Positions 11,497 through 25,761 of a DNA stretch of 64,000 nucleotides are shown here, in pieces (position 1 is the stretch's first letter; each line of letters starts with the position of its first letter). A program made the position numbers and the translations under genes. The notes under the pieces are model-generated. The model was not told where the DNA came from, did no database searches, and saw only the letters and a list, made by a program, of their open reading frames with translations. The stretch lies in NCBI RefSeq assembly GCF_001194135.2, contig NC_069000.1, positions 39,147,720 through 39,211,719 of the forward strand, read 5' to 3'. The DNA is from Octopus bimaculoides (lineage: Eukaryota).

Positions 11497-13987
11497 GAAC
11501 TATCCAAAATTCTGACTGCTTCCTTTCTCTTAATATACGATATGTATACAGCACTTCAAACACTCTATACATACATACACATGCACATACACATACACAC
11601 ATATATATATATACATCAGAGTAAGCGTATGGATGTGAAACAAGGTGGAAAGAATCGTACTCGGAGGTAGAGTAATATGCTTTATTAATATTTATGAATA
11701 AAGTATATGTATATANNNNNNNNNNNNNNNNNNNNNNNNNNNNNNNNNNNNNNNNNNNNNNNNNNNNNNNNNNNNNNNNNNNNNNNNNNNNNNNNNNNNN
11801 NNNNNNNNNNNNNNNNNNNNNNNNNNNNNNNNNNNNNNNNNNNNNNNNNNNNNNNNNNNNNNNNNNNNNNNNNNNNNNNNNNNNNNNNNNNNNNNNNNNN
11901 NNNNNNNNNNNNNNNNNNNNNNNNNNNNNNNNNNNNNNNNNNNNNNNNNNNNNNNNNNNNNNNNNNNNNNNNNNNNNNNNNNNNNNNNNNNNNNNNNNNN
12001 NNNNNNNNNNNNNNNNNNNNNNNNNNNNNNNNNNNNNNNNNNNNNNNNNNNNNNNNNNNNNNNNNNNNNNNNNNNNNNNNNNNNNNNNNNNNNNNNNNNN
12101 NNNNNNNNNNNNNNNNNNNNNNNNNNNNNNNNNNNNNNNNNNNNNNNNNNNNNNNNNNNNNNNNNNNNNNNNNNNNNNNNNNNNNNNNNNNNNNNNNNNN
12201 NNNNNNNNNNNNNNNNNNNNNNNNNNNNNNNNNNNNNNNNNNNNNNNNNNNNNNNNNNNNNNNNNNNNNNNNNNNNNNNNNNNNNNNNNNNNNNNNNNNN
12301 NNNNNNNNNNNNNNNNNNNNNNNNNNNNNNNNNNNNNNNNNNNNNNNNNNNNNNNNNNNNNNNNNNNNNNNNNNNNNNNNNNNNNNNNNNNNNNNNNNNN
12401 NNNNNNNNNNNNNNNNNNNNNNNNNNNNNNNNNNNNNNNNNNNNNNNNNNNNNNNNNNNNNNNNNNNNNNNNNNNNNNNNNNNNNNNNNNNNNNNNNNNN
12501 NNNNNNNNNNNNNNNNNNNNNNNNNNNNNNNNNNNNNNNNNNNNNNNNNNNNNNNNNNNNNNNNNNNNNNNNNNNNNNNNNNNNNNNNNNNNNNNNNNNN
12601 NNNNNNNNNNNNNNNNNNNNNNNNNNNNNNNNNNNNNNNNNNNNNNNNNNNNNNNNNNNNNNNNNNNNNNNNNTATATATATCTGTGTGTGTGTACTCGT
12701 ATGTATACGTGTATATACTCAGCCTCACATTCACACATATACTTACACATACATTTGCATGTGTGCGTTTCTGTACAATCCTGTAGTTATCACTGCACTA
12801 TGTTTAAAGTTGCGTAAATTGAGTGGGACCTATCATCGAATATAAGCAAAGGTTCATTGAATATCGGACGCGTGAGCAACGTCTAAGTTATTTAAAATTT
12901 ACATTGCTAATATATCCTTTGCTTGTAGAACGCCGATATTTACGTATTTATTTGTATATTTTATTATGTAAATGGAAGACGTTCTTCATTCTGAATAGAT
13001 AAATAGTTTACATAAATAAATACCAAACACACCTACACGTATGCACAGTTATTCTTTCAGACAGAACTACACACAGACTTGTGTGTGTACATACATATAT
13101 AGGTACCTATGCATTTCAAATCGAAATCACGGTTGTGTTTCAGTTGAAACATTCGTTCGTTAGAAATTAAAATCAACAGCGACGCTGCACATTTGTAACT
13201 CTAACTTCATATCAGAAACAGAATATATATAAATCTTTTTCTTTTTATGTGAGTGTGTGTGTGCGTATATCTGAGTATACACACATAAACCTTAACATTA
13301 TCATAAAGCAGAAACTATTTTCAAACCATCAATGGTATATTTCTAGTATGTGAATAATGCCAGCTCTATAAGCTTACGTGATGGACTTATTGAGAACTTC
13401 ACATGTTTTAACTGTACAACTTGTTAGCTTTACATTATCTTCGTCCACTTGTTTAAGCTTTGCATTTACGACTTCATTATGATCACACGATTATCCGATT
13501 ATTTTGGATACAAATGCGAATTTAGAAAGAGGTTATGATATTTCGAAGTAGCTGTTCCCATTCTACAGGTTCATCGAGCTTTTGATTTCAGAAGAAAACA
13601 CGAAATTCAGGCCTACTACCTTTTTACCTGAGCAATGTTTGGTACTGAATAATCTTTCACGTTACGCTTGAATCATTTTCTGTTTCCATTTTGGGATAGG
13701 TTTTCTTATTAATGGTATCGTATGTTTCGTTATAAATAACGAAATATTTACTAGAAAATAATTATACCAAAACGTTCTTAGATTTCGCTTGTAATATTTT
13801 TGATGGGAATTCGTGTGTCGAAACAGATTATAAACAGAGATGAAGTAAGTAAAGAGGCGTGTATGTATTTATGTATGTATGTATGTATGTATGTATGTAT
13901 GTATGTATGCATGTATGTATGTACGTATTTATGTATGTATGAATGTGTCTATTTATATATGTAATGCATGCATGGCTAATTCGTTTA

Positions 13988-14140
13988 GGAGTGGCTGTGT
14001 GGTAAGTAGCTAGCTTACCAACCACATGGTCCCGGGTTCAGTCCCACTGCGCGGCATCTTGGGCAAGTGTCTTCTACTATAGCCTCGGGCCGACCAAAGC
14101 CTTGTGAGTGGATTTGGTAGACGGAAACTGAAAGAAGCCC
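13988..14140 (+). mobile_element. SINE family A, 5' half (head plus CORE-like domain), runs into a gap
   Basis: ggagtggctgtgtggtaagtagctagcttaccaaccacatggtcccgggttcagtcccactgcgcggcatcttgggcaagtgtcttctactatagcctcgggcc: A box (tgtggtaag), B box (ggttcagtccc) and ttgggcaagt core. Confidence 0.92.
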
Positions 14141-14434
14141 NNNNNNNNNNNNNNNNNNNNNNNNNNNNNNNNNNNNNNNNNNNNNNNNNNNNNNNNNNNN
14201 NNNNNNNNNNNNNNNNNNNNNNNNNNNNNNNNNNNNNNNNNNNNNNNNNNNNNNNNNNNNNNNNNNNNNNNNNNNNNNNNNNNNNNNNNNNNNNNNNNNN
14301 NNNNNNNNNNNNNNNNNNNNNNNNNNNNNNNNNNNNNNNNNNNNNNNNNNNNNNNNNNNNNNNNNNNNNNNNNNNNNNNNNNNNNNNNNNNNNNNNNNNN
14401 NNNNNNNNNNNNNNNNNNNNNNNNNNNNNNNNNN

Positions 14435-14505
<71 letters not shown>

Positions 14506-15281
14506 TACATGAATATATAAATACATCTATACGTATATAATCTGTGTGTCAGTATGTATGGAGGCATGTAGGGATGTCTGTATTTATTAGAGCATGGATT
14601 AAGTGTAAATGCTGGCAATTAAAAAACGTCAGATGTTGTCATGTCCTTCAACATCATCAGATAGATTCTTGTGTTCTTCGCTTCCTCTCACGTGTTGCCC
14701 CAAAGGCAAGCACTAGCTTGTTGAAGAATGTCTTGGCGAAATGGCCATTCTATTTACACAACGCAAATCTAATTAGAAGAATCCTGTCATGTCGTAATAG
14801 GTTGCTGTCGTTGAGTTACCGGTATCTCAGAAACAAAACTCCCACGCTTAAGGATATTCAAGTGTTTCGTTTTGGAACGATATCTACAGAAGACATAGCT
14901 GCTAATTTTAGTACTCTTAGCAAAATTAACAAGTGCGCATCAAAGAGCCACGTAGATTCTATTCTGGGTTTTTACAGTAATTGTCGTATGTTTGTCATTG
15001 AATTTGATAATCGGATCATTCAAAGTCGTGAAAAATATTAGCACCTTGAATTCAGTCATTTAAATTGAATGATAGAAGGTTTTCGACCATTGAATTTCAC
15101 ACTTGTCACAGAATTTAGAATTTACAGTATTCATATTAAAATGCCCGTCGAGTGCATTTAGATTAGTCGGAATGCGAGGAAGCATCTTTTCGAGCATTCA
15201 ATTCTCAAGTGAACATTCAAGTTAAAAATGACAAATTTAAATGGCATCTTTCGTCATGCAAATTTTATTATGCTGTTATAG

Positions 15282-15328
15282 TTACAAGGAAGAAATAAAT
15301 TACACGATTCTTCTGTGTGGAGAATCCG
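15282..15328 (+). other. candidate small coding exon (YKEEINYTILLCGES)
   Basis: tgctgttatag|TTACAAG...GAATCCG|gtgagt, 47 bp, open in phase 2 to 1. A compatible 44-bp candidate follows at 15403-15446 (GEYYTDCDGRIPKMH). No homology recognised. Confidence 0.25.
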
Positions 15329-17129
15329 GTGAGTTAAATCTTAAAATCTAATTTATTTTTATTTGTGAGCGCCCTAAGTATGAAAATGAATATTATATAC
15401 AGGGGAATATTACACAGATTGTGATGGAAGAATTCCGAAAATGCATGTAAATATTATTCCCAAATTCTCACCAACCTACAATGATTAAATAATTTTTGAG
15501 ACATTAGACATATTTCGTATTAGAGATAAAGACATATATTCGGCAGGATGAATCGTTCTATAGCAGTTTATTGAATAGACACTGTTTCACATACAGACAA
15601 AGTAAATTATATAAGCCTAATCCCATTATATTTCGCAAATATGTTAGATAAATATGATCCAATCTGCCATAGATTATAAAGTAGCTACAACTATAGCTAG
15701 ATATTTCTTAATGTTATTAAACGTCTGCACCTATGTGTTACCTGCATACTATAATAAATTCAATAAAAATTCTTACAAGTTAATCACAAAATTTTTACTG
15801 CAATAAGATGTCAAAAGTCCAAACACTGCAGTACATAGAATCGATTTCGAAAGGGTGATCACTAAATCAGATGCTTCAGATGCAGACTGGTCAAATTTAC
15901 ATATGGTCATCTGATCGGAAATACCTATTCAGTGACCTATGTCTCTTGCAAATGTATTCGGTCAAGCTCCCAGACGAAATACAATTGCATTTTGCTGTCA
16001 AATTTTATATGGTGTCTAAAGGATTGAGGACTGGGAAATGCTACGACCCAGTTAAGTATAATTGCAAAAGCAGAGGAATGCAACAGGTGAGGCAACATCT
16101 GAAGCTTTTGTGCGTGTGCAACATTAAATAGGTGACTCCAATGATTAGTTTAGATAAAAGTAATGAGATTTTATTTTCTACTCTTCACGAAAAAAAAACC
16201 TAAAAATATAAAATACCTACCCGTCCCACAATCATATCAGTTACAAAATGCAATCGTGAGAGATTTTTCATCATTCTTTCCCTCTTTTTCTTTCACTTGC
16301 TATTGCATTTGTCACGTACTTTGGTCTCCATCTTTTCTGTTTCCCACTCATAACTTCTATTTACTTTCCATACATGGAATTATTAGCACATTTTCAGCAT
16401 GGATGTAAGTAACTAGCAGCTTTAATTTTTTACTTGTTTCAGAGAAATAACGTTGCTTTTGAAAGGCTTTCGAAACAACTAGTTGTCAAATATTGATTAT
16501 AAATCAGTTTTAAAGTGACTATACGTGCATGAGGTTTAAAAGAACATGAAAAGTTCAAAGATGTTCGGGATATTCACACGTGAGTGAGAAATGAAATGAT
16601 GATTGTCATAATTACAAAATATTCGCACGATTTAATGCACCTCCATCAAAACAATGAAGATAATTTTTGCTTGGAAGCTTTCATATAACGTATAAAAATA
16701 TATTCAAACAAAACAAAATTTATAAGAAAAGCGGAACAGCTTTAGAAAGAAGAAAATGAGAATATTGGAAATTGCTTGCCTTTCCAGTATAATGCCTTCA
16801 AGAATTATCTGCAATTATATATTGAGTTCAATAACTCTCCGATTCTCCGGCAATCAAGAAAAGTTACACGCAAACTGGCATACATTACAACGTACATACA
16901 TTCGTTGAGAGCTATATGCTCACGCTCTCACATGCACAAGCACAAGTACACATAGCCCCCTCCCCCACAGGCACAAACAAACACACACACATATGTATAT
17001 ACACATATATGTATATATGTATGTATATATATGTACATCTACCTATTAATCTCCCTCCCTCATTATCTGTATATATAATGTATACGTGCGTGTGCATGTA
17101 TGTGTATGTGTGTGTTCTTCTGTGTGTGC

Positions 17130-17167
<38 letters not shown>

Positions 17168-17660
17168 GTGTGAGTGTGTGTGTGTGTGTGTGTATGTGTG
17201 TGTGTTTGATGATTTTCTAGTTGTTAAAAGAAGGCAAATGAGATGAATGCAATCTTGTTCGAAGAATGTCTATACTCTGATACAAGTTTAATTATCCTTA
17301 ACTCTTTATGTTTCGTAGAATTCGTTCTTTGTTCGATTTCCCAAAAGTGCGTGTGCCTAAAAGACTGGTAAATCAGTAAATTGATTTCGTTATGTTTCCA
17401 AGTAACCAAGCGGTCATTGGCATCGACTCTCACACATCAAGCCTCAGTACAGACTAATTCATAGCAAATGAGAAAATATTGGTTATATACTGTTGAATTA
17501 GAAAGTAGTTTGATCTCTAGATTAGTCCGAAAGACTGGTCTTGATGTTCAAGGACATGAAATGCATCAACAGGTAACAATTTGTGATTATTTTGCGCAGT
17601 TCAAGTTGAATTCTTTTTGCACACTTGTAGAGTACTGCTGCATAATGGGGGTGGGGGAAA

Positions 17661-18932
17661 AGGTCATCCCATAATTTCTGTCCGAATTTTGAGTAAAGAA
17701 AACAAGTGATCAAATGTTATATTTAATTGAAATTTAACCATCAATGTAATTTCCATGATTATTTATGACTTCCTTCCATCTATTTACGAGCCTTTTAATC
17801 CCATCAATGTAAAACTCATTTGGTTTCAAAGCGAAGAACTGAGATGTCTGTTTCGACCTCCTCCTGGCTTGCGAAAGTTTGGTCCCCTAAATGATTCTGT
17901 AAACTACGAAACAAATGGTAGTCTGAAGGAGCAAGTTTGGGAGAATAAGGTGGATGAGGAATTTTTCCCAACCAAGCTCTTCGATCTTCTGTGATGTGAT
18001 CTTTGCAGCGTGGGGTCGCGCATTATCCTGATGAAACATCACTCCTTTTCGATTCACTAAAGCGGTTATTTTTTTCTTCAAAGCTTACTTCAAACGCTCT
18101 AATTGCTGACAATAGACTTAAACATTGATTGTTGCATTAGGTGGTAACAATTCAAAGTGAATTACTCCTTTGCAATCCCACCAGATAGAGAGAAGAACCT
18201 TTTTCCACGAAGATCCCTTCTCGGTTGTGGTTCAGCCTTTTCCATTTTACGAAGACACTGTTTACGACGTTTAACATTTCGATAGAAGATCTATTTTTCG
18301 TCACCAGTCACAAGTCTATCCGAAAAGAGTGAAATGACTTCGCGAGAATGGAGAGAAGAGCAGATGTCAACTCGGGATCTGCGGTTGCTTTCGGACAATT
18401 CTTGAGGCACCCATTTTCCAAGTTGTTGAAGATGATGACGATGCGTTGTATGGTTTGAACTAAGCTTTATTACCAATTCCTCAACTAATAATGCAGGATT
18501 TTCTTCAAGTAATGCCTCAATGAGCAGCTTGTCACCAAATTCAACTGGACGTCCTGTTCGATCTTCACCTTCAAGACAGAAATCTCCACTTCTGAATTTT
18601 GCAAACCATCTTCTGCAAGTTCTTTCATTCAAGCATTCTTTCCCAAAAACTGAGTGTATGTTTCGAGTCGCTTCGGCTGCAGAGTTTCCTTTTTTGTACT
18701 CATAAAACATTATGAGCCTTAAATGCTCTTTGTATACTTCCACGTTAGAAAGGGTTTTAATCAAAGAAATTTTAATTCTATTATTCTGTAAAATAATATT
18801 TAATTAGTTTAAATGTACACAAATGCATAAAAATAATTTCTAATTCCATTAGACATTCTAAAATACTATTAAATTTCATTCAATTTTTAAAAAAAAGGTA
18901 AAATCGGACAGAACTTATGGGACGAGCTGATA
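17661..18932 (-). mobile_element. mariner (D,D34D) transposon, near full length, about 1.27 kb
   Basis: TIRs aggtcatcccataatttctgtccgaatttt (17661-17690) and aaatcggacagaacttatgggacgagctgata (18901-18932, followed by TA). The internal sequence encodes a mariner transposase. Confidence 0.95.
17734..18764 (-). pseudogene. mariner transposase pseudogene
   Basis: HTH N-terminus (EHLRLIMFYEYKKGNSAAEATRNI...CRRWFAKFRSGDF...GRP), WVPQEL, VTGDEK, HQDNARPH and, after a 1-bp deletion, PHPPYSPKLAPSDYHLF (34 residues between the 2nd and 3rd Asp). Contains several in-frame stops. Confidence 0.93.
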
Positions 18933-20444
18933 TATNNNNNNNNNNNNNNNNNNNNNNNNNNNNNNNNNNNNNNNNNNNNNNNNNNNNNNNNNNNNNNNNN
19001 NNNNNNNNNNNNNNNNNNNNNNNNNNNNNNNNNNNNNNNNNNNNNNNNNNNNNNNNNNNNNNNNNNNNNNNNNNNNNNNNNNNNNNNNNNNNNNNNNNNN
19101 NNNNNNNNNNNNNNNNNNNNNNNNNNNNNNNNNNNNNNNNNNNNNNNNNNNNNNNNNNNNNNNNNNNNNNNNNNNNNNNNNNNNNNNNNNNNNNNNNNNN
19201 NNNNNNNNNNNNNNNNNNNNNNNNNNNNNNNNNNNNNNNNNNNNNNNNNNNNNNNNNNNNNNNNNNNNNNNNNNNNNNNNNNNNNNNNNNNNNNNNNNNN
19301 NNNNNNNNNNNNNNNNNNNNNNNNNNNNNNNNNNNNNNNNNNNNNNNNNNNNNNNNNNNNNNNNNNNNNNNNNNNNNNNNNNNNNNNNNNNNNNNNNNNN
19401 NNNNNNNNNNNNNNNNNNNNNNNNNNNNNNNNNNNNNNNNNNNNNNNNNNNNNNNNNNNNNNNNNNNNNNNNNNNNNNNNNNNNNNNNNNNNNNNNNNNN
19501 NNNNNNNNNNNNNNNNNNNNNNNNNNNNNNNNNNNNNNNNNNNNNNNNNNNNNNNNNNNNNNNNNNNNNNNNNNNNNNNNNNNNNNNNNNNNNNNNNNNN
19601 NNNNNNNNNNNNNNNNNNNNNNNNNNNNNNNNNNNNNNNNNNNNNNNNNNNNNNNNNNNNNNNNNNNNNNNNNNNNNNNNNNNNNNNNNNNNNNNNNNNN
19701 NNTATATATATATATATATATATGCATGTACGTGTATACGTATATATAGCCATTTAATACATATACAATGTATGTATGTATACACATACACAAGTAGGGA
19801 GTCCTGGTGAGTGTAAACCAGGATAATTTGGGACTGAGGATAATTTCGCATGGCTGCGGAGAAATTTACATACGTAAAGAATCTCACAGCTGACATTTGC
19901 AAAGCGTCAATACAATGTTGGATAAATAAAATGGAAATCATATAAATAAATTATTCCATGAATGACAAATAGGAAAAGCCTAAAGCATACGATATTGTTA
20001 TAAATGTATACTTGCCTCGTATAATTTATTGATATAACAGCGCTGGATTTCATTAAAAGATCAATCAATATATACGCAGTGCACTGTGTGAAAAAACATT
20101 ATTGTTAAAACGAAATTAATTAGCAATGTAATTTTTTTTTTTCGTTTTTCCATATCGTATTAGATTCCCGATTCCATAATTTATGATTCTCTAATCAAGT
20201 TTGCCACTTGATTCTTTTACTTTTGTGTTTCAATATTATGTTTTTTTTTTCTTCAGCCGCTTTTTGCACTCGGCTGTTCACTCTCTATTTCAATCTGTTA
20301 CTTATTCATGGCTAATAAATTAAGGTATATAAGTATGGTGCATTGTAAGTTTTCAATTACACTAGCACACACAAACATATACACGCATACACATATACAT
20401 ATGCATACATATATATATATATATGTATACATATACATATATAT

Positions 20445-20521
<77 letters not shown>

Positions 20522-20800
20522 ATAGATATATAGTTATACATACATATAAGCATAAATATGATCATATATAATGTCATATATATTTAACAAAAATATATAT
20601 AATATTTATGTATATATGGGTGTGTGTACGTGCGTATATGTATATATATACATATATCTATATATATGTATATATGTATATATGTATGTATCTATATATC
20701 TACGTATCAATGTATCTTTGTATCAATCTCTGTGTATATACACACACACATATACACACACACATCCACACACCCACATACACCCACACACATATCTATC

Positions 20801-20875
<75 letters not shown>

Positions 20876-21473
20876 ATATATATATATATATATANNNNNN
20901 NNNNNNNNNNNNNNNNNNNNNNNNNNNNNNNNNNNNNNNNNNNNNNNNNNNNNNNNNNNNNNNNNNNNNNNNNNNNNNNNNNNNNNNNNNNNNNNNNNNN
21001 NNNNNNNNNNNNNNNNNNNNNNNNNNNNNNNNNNNNNNNNNNNNNNNNNNNNNNNNNNNNNNNNNNNNNNNNNNNNNNNNNNNNNNNNNNNNNNNNNNNN
21101 NNNNNNNNNNNNNNNNNNNNNNNNNNNNNNNNNNNNNNNNNNNNNNNNNNNNNNNNNNNNNNNNNNNNNNNNNNNNNNNNNNNNNNNNNNNNNNNNNNNN
21201 NNNNNNNNNNNNNNNNNNNNNNNNNNNNNNNNNNNNNNNNNNNNNNNNNNNNNNNNNNNNNNNTATATATATATATATATATATATGCGTGTGTGTGTAT
21301 GTGTGTGTGTGTCTGTGTATGTGCGTTTGTGTGTGGCGTGTGTGTACTTTGACAGGGAGATTGTATTGTTAAAAGATTCTTGGCAAAGAAGATCCATAGC
21401 GATTTTGGATGGCAGTTCTGTCACTTTCAGTTTGTTTATAACAACGTACTTGGACATGGTAGAAATAAATAAA

Positions 21474-21674
21474 ATTGGTTTCAAATTTTGGAACAATACC
21501 AGTAATTTTTGGGGAGGTTGTTAGTCTATTACAGTACTCAAACCTTTCTCATTTTATCGAACTCGAAAGGATAAAAATCGATCTCGGCGGAATTTGAACT
21601 CGGAACATAAAAACGGACGAAATGCCGCTACGGATTTTGACCGACGCGATAATGATCCTGCTGCTTGCCGCCTT
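21474..21674 (-). mobile_element. tRNA-derived SINE, family B (tail type i), diverged
   Basis: Plus strand ...ttttatcgaactcgaaaggataaaaatcgatctcggcggaatttgaactcggaacataaaaacggacgaaatgccgcta...gccgcctt is homologous to 60168-60374. Confidence 0.8.
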
Positions 21675-22199
21675 TGTACGAGAAATAATATTGAAATACT
21701 CTCATATTGCACCGTCTTTGGAAAATTTACGACATATTATTGTAGAATGTGATTCCACATACTCTGTATTTGAAAGGCGACGGGCTTGCCAATCTTGGAG
21801 CATATTCGATGAGACTTGTTTGAGCATCGCTGTTATGGGGCTAACATAGTATTTCTTGTTATGGATAACAATAATTTTAAATTATCTGGTCAATACAGAA
21901 TATTTATTATCCATAAAGTCTCTTGGGTTGACACCCCCAGGCGAAGAAGTAGAATCTCCCAAGACATATAAATAGAGGTTTTCTGGCCGTAGTAGGAGTG
22001 TTGAGTAGCAGTCGAGTAGCAGTTGTGTAGCGGTTGAGTAGAGATCATCCGAAGGTGCTAGATAGCAGTAGCTTGAGACATAACAAAGTCCTTGGCAAAA
22101 TGTTGATCTTAAGTATTAAAATGAATGAGATCATTTATTTAAAACTGTGATCGATATAAATATCTTCGATCAAATTCATTGTTGACAGAGTTTTAATTT

Positions 22200-22610
22200 G
22201 GGCTGTGTGATAAGAAGTTTGCTTGTCAAGCTTGTTGACATCGGTCCAATTTCATTTCAGGATACATTGAGCAATTGCCTTCAAGTTTAACTCTAGGGCA
22301 ACCCAAGACGTATGACTGGATTTCGTAGACGAAAACTAAGAGACACCTCCAGTGTACGTGGTGTCTGTTGCATGTGTGTGTGAGTATATTTGTGTGTGTG
22401 CGTGTATGTGTGCGTGAGTGTGCGTGTGGGTGCGTGTCTTTCTATTTATAGTCTGCAACCTGACAACTTAGCGGTTCAGCAAAGGCAATCGACTACATAA
22501 GTACCGGGCTTAAACACAAGTATTGCTACTGATTTGTTTGACTAAACTCTTCAATGTGATGCAGATGCATGGCCTTTGTGTATGAATGAAACAAATAAAA
22601 TATAATAAAA
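22200..22610 (+). mobile_element. SINE family A, old diverged copy
   Basis: ggctgtgtgataagaagtttgctt...ggatttcgtagacgaaaactaagaga..(TG)n..acttagcggttcagcaaaggcaatcgactacataagtacc...gaatgaaacaaataaaa is colinear with the younger copies. Confidence 0.75.
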
Positions 22611-23279
22611 TATAAGAAATGATGAGATTTATATATTAAAAAAATATTTAGTAGCACATCTCATAAAATAGATACAAGAATTATAATATTGTTCAACAAA
22701 CAGAGTGCTCAGAGAGATAAGTTCAAGCCGTTATTGAAGCGTAACAAACATCCCACAAAAAATAATAAAGCGTTTTAATATATTTTATATCAGCTCTTGA
22801 GGTTGCACGATATAAATGTCAAAGAAATTGGTATACAAGCCATTTCAAAATATATAATAATATAAATAAATTCAACATAACAGTTTGCGTAATCTGAAAT
22901 TGTATTGAAAATATAAAAACGAAGTTTTACGTAGCTTTTGTGCGTATGCTGATAGTGATCTTAATAGTCCTCTCAAGAAATCAACTCAAACTGTACTAAT
23001 ATTCTTTTAATATGGAATATAATATAAAGTCGAACTATTAAAGTAAATAAACTGAAACATAACTGAAAATAAAAGTGAAACTACGTGTAATGGAGAGAAA
23101 AAAAATATGGATGGATACGAAATGAAATGAAAGAAAATAAAATTAAATAAAAACGCTGAAGGCAAACATTTCTCTTAAAGGTATGGAAGTATAAAAATCT
23201 TATGAGGTAAACAAACGATTTGCATTTCAAGCAAAATTGTTGCATAAAGATATGTGGGGAATGAAAGGTCAAGTAGTTT

Positions 23280-24050
23280 GTTGACTACGGAAAGAATGGC
23301 GCGGGATCATGAAATGAAGGAGATATATGGAGAGTAAATGATGAATGAGAATCGTACGAAGAAAAATGAAAAGTTAGAAATAGACCGAAAGAAAATCTGA
23401 AGATGTTTATTAAGCAGTGCAGTAATTTAATCACTTCTGTAGAGTAAGGTTAATAACAGATGTATGAAAATGCAGCAAAGATGTACGTGAGATTATAACA
23501 ATTGAAGATATTATTCCTATTATCAAACTTGAAGAGATTTGCTATGTAACTATCCAAGTTCTCATCAGAAAGACTGTTTATTGATTGGAGAAAATTGCAC
23601 GAGACCACAAAATGAATATACACAGTACAAAATAAAAAAATGAGAATGACAAAATGAGAATGACAAAAAAGGAATTCGCATTTTATTGTCAGAAATAGAA
23701 AACGAAAATAAAGCAAAACTGTCGGACAATAAATACTTATATGTGACGGGTAAAGATATGAATAAGAAAGACAACATAAAAATTTCTTTATAAAAACGAT
23801 ACTATATAGATTACAAAAATAGAAAAATTGTCCAGAAAAGCAAATCAATACAGCCTACAAAACTACAAAATTGTATATACAAAAATACTCCAAAGCAATT
23901 GTATGAATATAATATAGATCTTTTTGCCAGACAGAAAAGAAACATTGAAGAAGTTTTTAAGAGGTTATATAAAAAAAATAAAGTTAATAAATAACTGTTT
24001 ACAATACAATACGACAAGACGCCTTCGAGGATGATGGGCGACGTAGTTGA
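23280..24050 (+). mobile_element. very old A-rich LINE relic (possibly RTE reverse-transcriptase region)
   Basis: Strong purine/A skew. Fragments ICYVTIQVLI...LEKIARDHKMNIHSTK and DNKYL loosely resemble RT motifs 5-7, with many stops. Confidence 0.25.
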
Positions 24051-24601
24051 CAAGCAAAGAAATGAACAAAATACTTCGGTTCACTTATAAAGAGTGTACG
24101 CCATTATGAAGAAAGTATGCAGTTATCAAATAGTTGCAAGCATCTTTAAAAATATTTTCATTAAGATACTAAAAGACATTCATACATACGAACACACACA
24201 CGCGCACGCACACACACTCATCATACTTGCACATTCACACACACCTTTGCGTCTGCAAGCTCATTTTTTACTTGTTCTTTTTTTCCTTAACCCGTTCTCA
24301 CCATTGTTTTATTTCGTTTGTAAAATGTAGATGAACTCTTCTAATTGCACCCAACTCGCTATATTTATAATCTTAATTCAACCAAATTCAATCAGCAAAT
24401 TATTTTCATACGATATTATTAATTCAGAAATAAAGCAATATTAAATTGATGTATTCAACCAACTTGCCCTTTCCATTTATCTTGGTTTTATCTATTCATC
24501 TATTCATCTATCTAATTAATCTATGTATTCTTTCTATCTATTTCTCTATCTATTTATCTATCCATCCATCTATCATTCCATTTACCATTTTCCCTCTTCC
24601 C

Positions 24602-24652
<51 letters not shown>

Positions 24653-24668
24653 CATAAGTATACACACA

Positions 24669-24708
<40 letters not shown>

Positions 24709-25407
24709 TTTTAAATTTCAACTGACAAATTATATCGAGCGTTGGACCTTGGCATATCTCACTTCGGACAATAGGTGGAAGGGCTTAACCACCTTCTGGT
24801 AAATAAAACGTTAAAATTTAATCCATTAACACTTTATTATGAAAATTACTATTAATTAGTACTATAAACATAATTATTAAAAATTATCATGATTAATTTA
24901 AGACCTTATTTAGTCTTCACCCCTTCTCCGACTAAAATCTATCGGCGTATCCCACTTTTAAATTTATTTTTCTCATTATTTATCCATCCTATCCCTCCGT
25001 GCAAAGGATTGATCCACCAAATAGTATTCTAAGTTTAATTATTTACTTAACGTCCCAAAGAGACACACAAGGAAAATGGAAGGATTACAACCATATTCAA
25101 CTTTTCCTTTTCGTTCTCTCGGCACTTCTTTTTTTATTTATTCTTCACTCTGATGATGCTCCATGTGTCAGATTGGTTTTATTACCAAATATGACGAATA
25201 TTTTCAGCATATCAATGGTAATACCATACAACACTGGAAACAGAAACAGTTGTTAGATGGGATGCAGTCTATTTGTATTGAATTAATACATTATAATTCA
25301 TGTAAATCAATTGTTGTCCATCAATATTTCTTCATTTATATGGCGATAACTATTAATTTCCAGTACCGCTGCCGTAGTCTCCTTTAGAGAGACTTAGAAA
25401 TATTAAT

Positions 25408-25502
<95 letters not shown>

Positions 25503-25761
25503 TATATATATATCTATACATACATATATCTATACATATCTACATATACATACTTACCTATATATATGTATATACATATATACGTAGAGAGACAGAGGGC
25601 CAGGGAGATAAATAGATAGAGAGATATATAGACATATAGATAGATAAAAATAATGAGCGATAGATAGCGAAATGGATAGATAGACAAAGACATAAATACA
25701 CACATACGTACGTGGATGGGCTTATAGACAAATACATGCACACACAAAGGCATACCAAGAA

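Noticed and set aside
13988-14060. SINE heads as tRNA genes (also 31383, 42548, 47975)
   Set aside because: A/B boxes are present, but there is no cloverleaf and they run into SINE bodies.
14544-15041. 165-aa plus-strand ORF as a single-exon gene
   Set aside because: It starts in microsatellite-edge sequence at a non-ATG codon and has no recognisable domain. At most a 96-bp sub-segment is a candidate exon.
15282-15328. ILLCGESG as a myosin/GTPase P-loop
   Set aside because: No downstream exon supplying xGK[ST] was found, and the nearest compatible exon continues GEYY.
16387-16500. 18-nt micro-exon plus terminal exon (HIFSMD / RNNVAFERL...)
   Set aside because: It would need a 38-nt intron, which is implausibly short.
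21910-22085. LTR-like segment with tataaata and gtagcag repeats
   Set aside because: No TG...CA ends, TSD, PBS or second copy identifiable.
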